From contig JANKJI020000002.1 in NCBI GenBank assembly GCA_024626585.2, positions 139,699,098 to 139,720,929 on the forward strand: a stretch of 21,832 bases of DNA, read 5' to 3'. The number at the start of each line of letters is the position of its first letter. The first letter of the stretch is position 1. This document shows positions 12,219-21,832 of the stretch, piece by piece. Made by a program: the position numbers and the translations under genes. Source of the DNA: Ginkgo biloba (lineage: Eukaryota > Plantae > Ginkgophyta). The notes below the pieces were generated by a model, which worked only from the letters and a program-made list of their open reading frames with translations, was not told the DNA's origin and ran no database searches.

Positions 12219-12540
12219 NNNNNNNNNNNNNNNNNNNNNNNNNNNNNNNNNNNNNNNNNNNNNNNNNNNNNNNNNNNNNNNNNNNNNNNNNNNNNNNNNN
12301 NNNNNNNNNNNNNNNNNNNNNNNNNNNGGCTTAAAGATACTAGGAGTTGGTGCTAGAGTTTTTATTCAACCATGTGGACTTGATAGGTTTAGTTGGGTAT
12401 ATGCATTATTGGGGAATCTATAACCTTAGTCTATCGCCTATGGAGATGCTCGACACATCTTTTGAGTTGAGGTTCTTACCTACACATTGGAGGTGCTAGT
12501 GTTTTGCTTTTTCTAAGATCACTAACCAAGAATGTTTTAT
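10530..12540 (+). mobile_element. Degenerate L1-type LINE ORF2 (RT domain to C-terminus)
   Basis: LFINIEFEKTYYKIECPFILEMLKYLGIGEHFIKIVKMLFESAS resembles KLDFEKAYDRVEWPFIL.ML..LGFG..FI. SLENSFLTIMEEEENV is a decayed FADDSFLT. Downstream are MNLATKYHICNTMLASTHIYYYSC...YQRLDKLLRFFL*, ALCAK, IEP and FSWVYALLG. Many stops and frameshifts; collinear across two gaps. Confidence 0.9.
12190..12218. repeat. Poly(T) tract (at least 29 nt) abutting a gap
   Basis: Direct reading of the sequence. Confidence 0.9.
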
Positions 12541-13859
12541 TATTTTAGCCAATCATGTTGGAGAGATTTAGTCCCAAGAGTGGAATTGAACCATCTACTT
12601 TAACCTACAGCCCATTGAGGCAATGTACCATAATGTATGATGAGCAAAGTATCCATTGAGACAACCAAGCTTAATGTCAAGAGTAGAGGCAATTCTAGGT
12701 ACACGAGAGGATGGGACCAATGCAAAGATGGAGCATCTTCTCATCCTCAAAAATGCAAGCTCCTTAAGTTTGCCTTCTTGTACCTCATCCACAAAATGGT
12801 TGGGGTGACCCTCAAGAACATAACCACGAGAGGTAGGCTAGTTGTAGTAGTATAACATTGCCTAATGAACATAATGATTTAAGAGATATAAATGGTAAAT
12901 TAGAGAAGGTACAAAGTTTTTTAAATAGCTTTATAAGACTAGGTGTTATCTGGATAAGTGTCATGATGACATTAGATCTCTTCTTGAGTCATTAAGGGCC
13001 CATTTCAAAATAAAATATGATAATATCCTTGTCCCTCACATGCCATAAATTTTAGTAATGGAGATACACAATTAACGCTGAAGATGACAACATGCATTCA
13101 TTAGATATAGGGTACACAAGTTTTAAGTGGAGTCTCACTCTTGGATTTATGAGAAAGGCTTAAATGTATTTCTTCAAAGGCTCATTATGAGATATTATGA
13201 ATTTTTATTGATGAACTAGTTGTTGTGAAAATAAAAAATATAAGAAATATGGTTATAGCTCTCATACCACCAAATATTGCTCTCAAGTGATCTTGAATCT
13301 ATTCTTTAATCTGCCATAGTCTTAAAATAACTATAATCACCATGTTGATCNNNNNNNNNNNNNNNNNNNNNNNNNNNNNNNNNNNNNNNNNNNNNNNNNN
13401 NNNNNNNNNNNNNNNNNNNNNNNNNNNNNNNNNNNNNNNNNNNNNNNNNNCTCGACGCACGCTCAACTACAATGACTTTGGTGGCCCTTGTTTCAAGAGT
13501 GACCCATACGATCAAATACTTTAGCCAAGTTTAGTTATAAAATATTACATGTATGTCGTTTCTTGATGTTTGGTGGGATTTATTGTCTTGATTGTATGTC
13601 CAATTGGTGTATCATAACCAGTTCAGTCCTAATTGTGAGGCTGGCCCCCTTTAACAGACATATGATAGACTAATGATCCATTAAGCCACCATGTCACCCA
13701 CTTATGTTGTAATGTTACTTAAATTTTCAAAATGAAACCATCTTATTCAACAAAGGTTAAAGGGGGGAAGGACAGCTACAGTTTGTCCTATACATTACTG
13801 TATAGACAGTATAAATTGTTAGGAGACTGCCAAAATGCTCCCCATTTAAGAAAAATTAC

Positions 13860-14900
13860 CTTGTAATCACTACATTCAAAGTACATTATGGATTCCATAT
13901 CCAAAAGTACTCAAAATTAAAAAGAAACTCAACTTTAAGTTTGCATCTTCCGAACTGTTCACGTCTTTTTCTTTCAGATTAAATAGGCATTATGTATGTA
14001 CAATGCCGAGTTTGTGTCTTTCAAAGCTGTTTACATCAAAAAGGGTTGCTTTTTAAATTAAGTTGTTAACATTTTCTAATCTTGACGAACATCTTCTGTC
14101 AAAGTCACAAAAAACTGACAATAAGGATGAGAAACAGTGCTTCCATGCTTTCAGAAAGAGGAAACACTTCTGAGGTGGGGCATTTCCTAGGGCACAACAC
14201 CATTTTCTCATATGCTGAAAAATGCTTCGTGACATTTCTGCAAATGCCATAAATTTTTTCAGCACTTACGGCTGTTTCTCCTGTGTTTCATTTAAAGAGA
14301 AAACAGAGAAACATAGGGACCAATTGTGCAGGAAAAAAGAAATAAAAAATACAGCCTTGTTGTCAACTATGACAGACAGGATTGTCTTAAAAGAATTAAC
14401 TCTGTTGCTGTTGTCATTAACCTAACCAGTGCCTCTTTATGCCATTCTGCATTCATAACTGTCTTGGTGTGCAAGTTTATGCCTATCTAATCTGCACATT
14501 CAAGGGAAAAAGTGTAGCTTATCAGCTGAAATGCTTCTTCTAAAACGTGGGGCATTTGCTAAAAGGCCAATCTACTTTGACCTTCCGATTCACCTGACAA
14601 TACAATAACCAGCATGCAAAACATAGTCAGTCATTGGCCCGCCACACTAATTTTTCAACCCCCTTTTCCTAAAACAGCCATCAAGAATCTTTAACTTGTT
14701 ACTGCTGCAACCAAAAAGACTAGCCCAAGGAATATTCATATATTCCGTACACATTGTCAAAGCTTGATTTGTCTACTGGCTAAAACATACATCTGCCCCT
14801 TGAGGACACTAGCTTCATTCTCCGCGCGCCACAGGGAGGTCAAACCTTCCAGACCGTTAGTGGCTTTGATGCGAAGATTTAAGTGTCGCATTTTGATCCT
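13860..14900 (-). other. Candidate multi-exon transcript 5' region (long leader or lncRNA)
   Basis: Donors AT|GTATGT (14790), AG|GTTAAT (14421), C|GTAAGT (14269) and CAAG|GTAATT (13859). Acceptors TTGCAG/CAG (14705/14702), CTGAC...TGTCAG (14594), pyrimidine tract+CAG (14281) and TTGTCAG (14115). CpGs retained at 14820-14960; no TE motifs or long ORF. Confidence 0.4.
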
Positions 14901-15189
14901 TCTAAAGGTGCAGCAGATTTAAATTTAAACTTTATCATGGGCTTGCATCGCTCCTTCCGAGTCCAGACTTCTTTCAAGGAGGATTGGCACAACCAAAGAA
15001 TCTGGATTCTAAACACTAAGGAGTGTTTTCCAAGTATACATCACCATTTGTTATTGTCCAACATGCTCTACATCAAGGAAAAATATGGGGACTCCCTTTT
15101 TTTTCTTTCTTCTTCTCTAATTCCCTACAGAAGAAGTAGATGTATGCCATCGTGAGGCCTAGAAATTATTCTCACCCAATCCGCCTCTA

Positions 15190-16080
15190 GCCATTCTCAA
15201 CCACATGGAAAGATCCTATGAGTTCCCTCTCACATGCTCTTTTAAACCTTCTTGCAGAACACTTTAAACACCCCACAAGAGGATCCCCAAGGGGTTTCCG
15301 TATGGCACCCTATAGTCCCCTTGAGATCCACCTTGAGTTGGGGTGTGGTCCCTTCTCTTTTCACCTTGAATTGAATCCTTAAGGGGTTGGGGCCTCGTGA
15401 TGATAACACATGGTGTCATCTCACAAGACAAGGATCCATGCATCCATTTTCCTTTATGCTAATCATTGCCCCAAGGATCTCATGCGATCATGCCATATGG
15501 CATAATTGCATAGGCTCACGGGTTCATAAAGTTTCTTGGGTCAGTTGCTAATTTTCCCTTTTTTCCTCCACCACTGCGAGAGGAAGATCACAATATCTCA
15601 ATACATGGCAAGATCCTAAAAGCTCGATCCCTACTATCCCTTCACTAAGCACCATAAACCTTTTAAATCATCTTGAGGGAAGGAGCCCCAAGGGTGTACC
15701 ACCTGTCACCAATTTGCTGACTCTCTCACCCATGAACCTTTGTGCCTTTTCTTTCTAGTGGCATGAAGTGGCATACTACTTCTATATCAGGAGGCACATG
15801 ATCATGCCATATGGCATAATAGCATGATTCCCAGGCTCGCAGACTATTTTCATTTTCATTTAAAGTTGGATGCCGCCATGAAGAGAAGGGACACAAGATG
15901 ATGCCATGTGTCAACCTATCAGAGGTTCTAAAACCCGTAGGACCTTTTCTTCAAAATGTTAAGTGTTGAGTTTTGGAGAGAGGAGGGGCCTTGGATCTCT
16001 GCCACATAGTGAGATCTCATGCCCTCTCGCACCTGTGAGACTTTTCACCATATTTGTCACCAATTTTATTCTCACTTCCA
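15190..16080. repeat. Degenerate tandem array (~400-bp period, possible ~200-bp sub-period) with 14-bp palindromes
   Basis: ccacatggaaagatcctatg (15201), atacatggcaagatcctaaa (15601), gccacatagtgagatctcatg (16001); ggatccccaagggg (15281) vs ggagccccaagggt (15682); perfect palindrome ATGCCATATGGCAT at 15490-15503 and 15804-15817. Confidence 0.65.
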
Positions 16081-16521
16081 AGAACAAGGGGCAGTGTAGT
16101 GATAGCCTTCCATGTGTCATAATTGTGCATGCCTACACATTACATTCAATAAATACCCTATGAAAGTGCCTTTTTCAAAAAAATAAAACAAAATCAATCT
16201 TTAAGAAGCACGAAGGGANNNNNNNNNNNNNNNNNNNNNNNNNNNNNNNNNNNNNNNNNNNNNNNNNNNNNNNNNNNNNNNNNNNNNNNNNNNNNNNNNN
16301 NNNNNNNNNNNNNNNNNNGCGAGCACACAATAACATGGCGAGGATTTAACTCGTGAGTCGTGACCATGGTAGACTACAAGGGAGATTATATACACACGGG
16401 CCATTTAATACCGTAACCCAGAACATGGCCTAAGTTACAGAGTATGGTTTTCATAAAAAACTGATTTCTAGAATCAAACAAATGAATCCCAACCATTTTT
16501 TCATGTAACACTAATACTGAC

Positions 16522-16548
16522 CTGAGTCAGAAGGTGTCTCCACGCCAT
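16522..16548 (-). CDS. FTSH4: First coding exon MAWRHLLTQ, probably mitochondrial FtsH4-like i-AAA protease (partial gene)
   Basis: ggaATGGCGTGGAGACACCTTCTGACTCAG|GTCAGT gives a good start context and a phase-0 donor. The peptide resembles plant FtsH4 N-termini (MAWRR(L/I)IT(Q/K)V). The exon begins at an acceptor (ttgtatctgctttacag|16604) in a CpG-rich region. Only 9 aa are visible, so the identity is tentative. Confidence 0.55.
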
Positions 16549-17049
16549 TCCTCTCGAGGACCGCCACAAGATTGTTCGTTTTGTGTCTTACGGCCCTGTA
16601 GGCCCTGTAAAGCAGATACAAATATACAATAAATTTAAATGCACGGAACAAAAACCAGGGCGTATACACCATAGTGACAAAAATAGGGCATTAAAGGGTA
16701 ACAGTTATGGAACCTCAATCCAAGAAAAATACGAAGCCAACGCCGGGGCGGAGACACTAGCACTGATCAGATCAGATCAGATCAGATTTCCACCACCGTC
16801 AGAGGACATAATCGATCGCAGACCCCAACAGAACACGCTGCGGTATGTTACGCCTCTAGGGCTTAAGCCAAGCCGAATTACCAAAATTCACGCGCCAATG
16901 CTATGGACCTGGAAGGATTATTGATGACAGAAAATGATTTGGCAGTGAGAGAAACTTGCAAATTTTATTAAATCCCTCTCCTTCCGTGGAAAGTTCTGGT
17001 ATTTTCCTATTGACCAATGTCATGAGCCTCTAACCATGTACTTTCCCGT
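16549..17049 (-). other. 5'UTR, leader intron and promoter-proximal region of the MAWRHLLTQ gene
   Basis: UTR part of the exon is 16549-16604. A U-rich intron lies upstream with candidate donors TG|GTAATT (~16881) or AG|GTCCAT (~16908). CpG density is high relative to flanking TEs. Confidence 0.5.
16765..16787. repeat. (GATCA)4.6 microsatellite
   Basis: gatcagatcagatcagatcagat. Confidence 0.9.
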
Positions 17050-17143
17050 NNNNNNNNNNNNNNNNNNNNNNNNNNNNNNNNNNNNNNNNNNNNNNNNNNN
17101 NNNNNNNNNNNNNNNNNNNNNNNAAATGAATTAAAAAGATATC

Positions 17144-17149
17144 CACGTG
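17144..17149. promoter_or_regulatory. G-box (CACGTG) upstream of the FtsH4-like gene
   Basis: Exact hexamer in an AT-rich putative promoter; function unverified. Confidence 0.3.
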
Positions 17150-18189
17150 TATTTTAACACGAGGTTCTACGTCTCCATTTTTATTTTTATTTTCTCACTA
17201 GGAGCTAAAGCTAAAGGGGAGATGAAATAAGATTATTTTCTTCTTTTTGGAGTTGTAAAGGATTCACTCTAGGTAAATTCAATTAATTTCTTTATGTTTT
17301 GTTGGTTTCTTATAGAACCTCATAGGATATTTTAAGAAAGTTATATTGGTTTTTATTGCATTTAAGTGTATAATAAATTTTGAATAGTCTAATATNNNNN
17401 NNNNNNNNNNNNNNNNNNNNNNNNNNNNNNNNNNNNNNNNNNNNNNNNNNNNNNNNNNNNNNNNNNNNNNNNNNNNNNNNNNNNNNNNNNNNNNNGCAAC
17501 GTTGGCAGATGGTTGTGCAGATTATTAATTTGTACAGCGTTAATAGAAGGGTTTGCAGTGGATGTAGCATCAAGCGAATATGTAAGGTGTGTAGTGGGCA
17601 AACTCAGTGATTGGTGGTGTATAAATGTGTGTTAGAGGTCGAGTTTGTTGTTTTATGCATCATTGATAAAAAAATGGAATGCATTTTCCTCTCACAACCT
17701 AGAGAGTGATGTAGTAATTTCATCATGCACCATGCCTTTGGTTCTAAATTTTGGCAACATTTTGAGCGGTTTAGAATAACTCCAAACCCTTATTACTATA
17801 TAATGTTCCTATTCAAATACATATGCTAGCTTTAATTTTTGTAGACATTCTTTAATACCTTAGAGGACACTTTCTCTAGTCACTTCTTTCCTTCCTTAGA
17901 ATTCTTTTATTATATCATTATATATATTAATTATCTCAAACTTTAATTTTTCATACATTGGCCTTAGTTTCCATCCGAAGAAAATTTTCTTTAATGTACA
18001 ATATCTTAGTTGATTTGGATGTTTATTAATCAATGTTTTCCTTATCTAGAGGAAATCTAGATGTTTCCAATTCCAACTATACTAAATAATGCCCGAATCT
18101 TGTAGTTTCTCCCTTCTTTACCAATATAATACTATAAATAATCTTGTTGGCAAAAAATTAAATGAGATTATACTCCACTTTACCTTATA

Positions 18190-18540
18190 ATGCATCATGC
18201 ATGATATGCGTCCACTTAATTAGTAAACTCGAGACATTGTCAACCGCAACCATATGAATAATACCAATTCCAACTCCTTTAAAAGCATCAATGTTAATAT
18301 CTACCAAAAGAACCTTGTTTTCCACCTTATTATCATTTTGAATCATAATTTTAGCTAGATTCTTACTTCCCATAGTCTTCCTTTTTTCGTACAAACCATC
18401 GCTTCTTAATATTTAGTCAAACCTTATTTCCATATTTAGGAATTCCAAACATAACATGAATTATTTTTTCTATCAAATTCAATATACCTTGTCCATAACA
18501 CGAGTCTTATGTCAAACTATAGTTGGATATAGAAGAACTT
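18190..18540 (-). mobile_element. Probable L1 LINE ORF1 remnant (DUF4283 end / decayed zinc knuckle region)
   Basis: WTRYIEFDRKNNSCYVW/LEFLNMEIRFD*IL...KTMGSKNLAKIMIQ...VLLVD...AFKG...HMVA resembles W.P.FD...PVWVEFPNLP...ARV.V...CF.C..GH; highly degenerate. Confidence 0.35.
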
Positions 18541-18639
18541 TAAAAAATTGACTTTATTAGGGTTTGATGGAGGACGAAGGGACACCTGTCCTCCACTATG
18601 AAGGTGTCTCACTCCCAGTGACCCTTGAGTTTATATTAG

Positions 18640-19355
18640 TTTTCAATTGTAACAGTCTAGTGGAATATAAGGGAAAGAAAGGATTCTTTCATGTATGGCA
18701 GGAAGGCCATCTCTAAAGAATAGCTTGATTTCTTTTGAAGGTCCTTATAAGCTAAAATGCTAGGGTCTCCTTCAATTTTTGGGTTACGAATGAAGCATAC
18801 TTGTTGATATTATGGTGATTTGTGCCTTTTTCTTACATTTACTATATCGTGATGGCTCTAATAGAGGTTGCATTTTTATTATATCCATGACCTTTAAATG
18901 TGTGACAATGATTGTTAACTATTTTGTGGCTCATCCAACCCATTCCAAGTACGTTCTCTCCCCAACTACGGTGGTTTCCATGGTGTTTGTAAATGGTTTG
19001 CAACCCATTAGGGTTTTTGTCTATTGTATCTCGATGCCCTGAATGGTATCTGTTGTGTTTTGTGTTGTTGCATTACCTTGCACGGTGCCAGTTACTATTT
19101 TGCGTTGTTTGTTGGGGCTCGTGTGTTTTGTTGCCCTTTGCACTGCCCAATATGATTTCGACGCTAAGAGGAGTGACGTGCCTCTAGGGTATTTTTGTTA
19201 AGTTTGAGTAAGGTGCAAGCATCTTGCTTTCCTTTATTTTCTCTCAACCTCCTATTTATTTGCAAGAGAAGCTTTATGTAAATATTTCATAATTCATTGT
19301 ATTGTTTTATCGAAAATTAATGGAATCTTTTTTCAAGTACCAAAAAAACAAAAAA
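18640..19355 (+). mobile_element. Probable LINE 3' end with 3'UTR and A-rich tail
   Basis: *WNIRERKDSFMY at ~18660 resembles LW.IW.ERN...F. It is followed by a GT-rich UTR-like stretch, ATTAAT and AAAAAAACAAAAAA (19342-19355). Confidence 0.4.
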
Positions 19356-20399
19356 CTAACAAGATAGAAGTTAAAACAAAAACCAACAAGAAAATAATGA
19401 TATATAAAAAATTCCTAGAAGTTATTTCTATACATACAAGGTGACAAAAAAAAAAAAAAATTAAAAACAATCTTTGATTATAAAAATGCTCTTATAGTAT
19501 TATTGTCCACCATAATTAACCACCTTGCTTAGCTTTCGAGCAAAATCTCTGATCAAATGATTTACAATTCATCCTCTAAAAAATAGCATAAATGCACAAC
19601 CTTGGGTGTAATGACCATAATAGTGAGTAAAATATGTTGGATACAATCACCTAGTTAGACAATCGTTGATGCCACATCAATTTGCTCATCTTGATATGTC
19701 ATCAGGGTTACATGGGATACTTATGCCCTAAGATATAGCTCCCTTGAACATATCATTGTTGTAAATATGTTAATAATTTTAATGTAAATGAAGTCAAGAA
19801 AATCACATGATGGGCAACATGCCACTACCACCTCCCCAACCATCATTCTATGGAGATATCTATAATGAAATGAAAATCTGATGAGTGAGAATTTCTTCCC
19901 ATACACCCCTGATTTCCCCCCTAGAGTATGTTGGCTGAGGATATTACAACACGCTAGTTGATCAAGAGTTGGCACTATAGGGTCTGGTGTTCTATGAGCC
20001 CCTATTCCTACTACAACTATGATCCCTATGGAAAGAAGGGGATGGTTCACGGGGGAAATGACTTATGGTATAAGGAGATGATCCCAAGTGATTAATTAAC
20101 TCATGAAGATGTTAGAGATCTAACTACACCTTCTCTTCCTAGACTTAGATCTACACAATGATGTTGGCAAGGACATGAGAAATGATATCATTAGAAATAT
20201 AATTATTGGGTCCAGTACTAAAAATAACCTCATTTCTTATTTTCTAAATATGGGATAAGACCTCCACCCAAATAACTTTCCATCCTACTCTAAAGGTAAA
20301 TTACCATAGGGATGTATCACCTAAGAGGGCATACCCNNNNNNNNNNNNNNNNNNNNNNAAACATACAAGTAATAAAATTACGGGCCTAGTCCTATAAGG

Positions 20400-20700
20400 G
20401 CTTGGCTCATAAGAAACTAGAAGTTGTGTTTAATTATATTGGGTTGATCATATAATGGGCAATTGGAGGTTCTAAACCCTATCTGAGAGAGATGCTCTTT
20501 AGTGACTAATCCATGGTGCAACATTGACCAAGACAATAAACATATTTTGGGCTCTAATAGGGCTTTCCATAAACATCCAAATCATCTTCTCTAAGCATAA
20601 GCTAAATTATTGATTTTCCACCTTTTGTTCAACTAATTGACGAATGGATCTTTAGGCTCTATGCATTGGTAAATATGACTAACCTCCCCTTTTAGAAGCA
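20400..20700 (-). mobile_element. Degenerate LINE ORF2 zf-RVT domain
   Basis: LNKRWKINNLAYA*RR*FGCLWKALLEPKICLLSWSMLHHGLVTKEHLSQIGFRTSNCPLYDQPNIIKHNF* matches the zf-RVT pattern W....PKI..F.W...H..L.T...L...G.....CP.C....E...H.F. Confidence 0.85.
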
Positions 20701-20951
20701 ATTTAAAGAATTTCTTGGTCCAGTNNNNNNNNNNNNNNNNNNNNNNNNNNNNNNNNNNNNNNNNNNNNNNNNNNNNNNNNNNNNNNNNNNNNNNNNNNNN
20801 NNNNNNNNNNNNNNNNNNNNNNNNACACAGGCGTTGTTCATATAATAGAAAAAAAAAGAAATGAGATAACTACTACTTAATTACACATAACATAACAAAA
20901 ATCCATTAATTATAGAGTTATATTAATGTGTAATCACAAGCATAAGCTTGA

Positions 20952-21029
20952 AGGAATCATAGATAATTCTTGGAGGAATCATAGGTGGATGCATAGAAGA
21001 ATTATAGACTTAGCCTAGAGGAATCGTAG
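20952..21029. repeat. ~22-bp period minisatellite (AGGAATCATAG core, 4 copies)
   Basis: aggaatcatag (20952, 20974), aagaattatag (~20997), aggaatcgtag (21019); lies in probable LTR sequence. Confidence 0.7.
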
Positions 21030-21334
21030 GTCAGATTTAAAATTACAGTTGCATGTGATCTTAGTTTTAGTCACAAGCTTTAACTTTGTTCTCCTCTTCT
21101 ACATCTCTTTACTTCTTATTTTTCTTCTTCTCTATCTCATCCCTTGGAAGCTTCTCGATTCATTTATAGTTTCTTCCTCTTTTGGCATAATGCTAAGAAG
21201 ATTCTCCTATTTTAGTTTGTTAGTTGTTATAAATCTAAAACTAGAATGGTGTTGTGTTTTCATCCAACTGCTAAACATAGTTAGTTGGAAAAAAATGGCT
21301 ATAGGTGTTTCTTGGGATGACTTCACCAACATCT

Positions 21335-21832
21335 TGAATCATTAGTTTTCCAATCTGTTGGCACAAGTTTCACTGATTTCACCAAGCGTCAACTCCATGA
21401 AATAATATTGGCCACCATAGGCCATTAATTAAGACTTTTTTGGCCATTTTATCACCATAGTTATGGCCACCCACAACGCCATCATGGGATTCACATAGAA
21501 CATCTAGTATATCTTCTAGTATAACACATATGCATGGTACCTCATATTTTCCTATCTTGTATAAATATCCACCAATCAAAGTGTATGCGAGTGCCTTCCT
21601 TACCAAATTCTTCTTTTGAGCAGTGGTGTATTGGGGAGGTTCTTGGTTGATAGATAAGTAGTTTGTAATTTCACAGTGGTCAGACATAATAGAGTTCACC
21701 TTAAATAAGTGAATGCTAAGAAATTCATTTTGAATTTCCTCTTTGCCTCCATTATCTATGCGAGATAAGTGATCTAGTTTGATGTGCAAGTTCCTATGTT
21801 TTAATAATATTTTAAAGTCATACTCCTATAGG
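21335..21832 (-). mobile_element. Degenerate Ty3/Gypsy pol: RNase H C-terminus and integrase HHCC zinc finger
   Basis: EYDFKILLKHRNLHIKLDHLSRI...LYKIG...VLCESHDGVVGGHNYGDKMAKKVLINGLWWPILFHGVDAW*NQ*NLCQQIGK, comparable to QEFDF.I..KPG..H..ADHLSR and H...GGH.....A.K....G.WWP.LF.D....V..C..CQ..G. RH-then-INT order is diagnostic of Gypsy. Confidence 0.93.

Noticed and set aside
12571-12622. Minus-strand B-box/T-arm-like TGGTTCAATTCCAC, reminiscent of tRNA-Sec or a tRNA-derived SINE
   Set aside because: No acceptor stem, anticodon arm or properly spaced A-box; it lies in probable LTR sequence.
14081-14104. TTGACAGAAGAT (first 12 nt of miR156/157) on minus
   Set aside because: The 3' half does not match and there is no precursor-length hairpin.
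14802-14823. Partial complementarity to miR166 (GGAGAATGAAGCTAGTGTCCTC on minus)
   Set aside because: Mismatches at miRNA positions 1, 2, 8 and 19 plus a bulge in the 5' region; too weak for a target or mimic.
14948-14970. miR159/319-like or star-like GCTCCTTCCGAGTCCAG
   Set aside because: No complementary mature arm at the expected distance.
16335-16442. Two short hairpins with an AGACTA box and a downstream ACA (H/ACA-like) on plus
   Set aside because: Hairpins are too short (~35 nt), spacing is atypical, and it is antisense to the presumed host intron.
179-17610. ORF-track entries containing X runs and most other 60-110 aa ORFs
   Set aside because: They span N-gaps, are antisense to TE frames, or have no recognisable domains.
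19721-20336. 109-aa minus ORF and Pro-rich plus frame (MMGNMPLPPPQPSFYG...)
   Set aside because: No identifiable motif and many stops on plus; probably decayed TE sequence but cannot be assigned.
15190-21029. Repeats considered as a CRISPR-like array
   Set aside because: No identical repeats with unique regular spacers, no cas genes, and the context is eukaryotic.

Overview
Gappy eukaryotic nuclear scaffold from a land plant; the TE types suggest a seed-free plant such as a fern or lycophyte, which is an inference. It has 15 N-gaps, seven of them exactly 100 N. Most of the window is decayed retrotransposon debris: a Ty1/Copia RT fragment (6917-7163 +), Ty3/Gypsy gag-protease-linker (7430-9058 -), Gypsy RNaseH/integrase zinc finger (21335-21832 -) and several L1-type LINE pieces. 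Two host-gene 5' ends missed by the ORF track lie on the minus strand. One is the first coding exon of 40S ribosomal protein SA/uS2 (2222-2351, confident), with telo-box-like motifs upstream. The other is a 9-codon exon MAWRHLLTQ resembling the start of mitochondrial FtsH4 (16522-16548, moderate). No downstream exons of either gene are visible. A third CpG-retaining segment (13860-15000 -) has a coherent chain of splice signals, a possible 11-nt micro-exon and only short ORFs. Other unexplained structures are a ~200/400-bp periodic array with palindromes (15190-16080) and a duplicated orphan ORF region (3340-4530). I found no prokaryotic-type system (CRISPR, operon) and cannot claim a clearly novel system; the findings are leads only.
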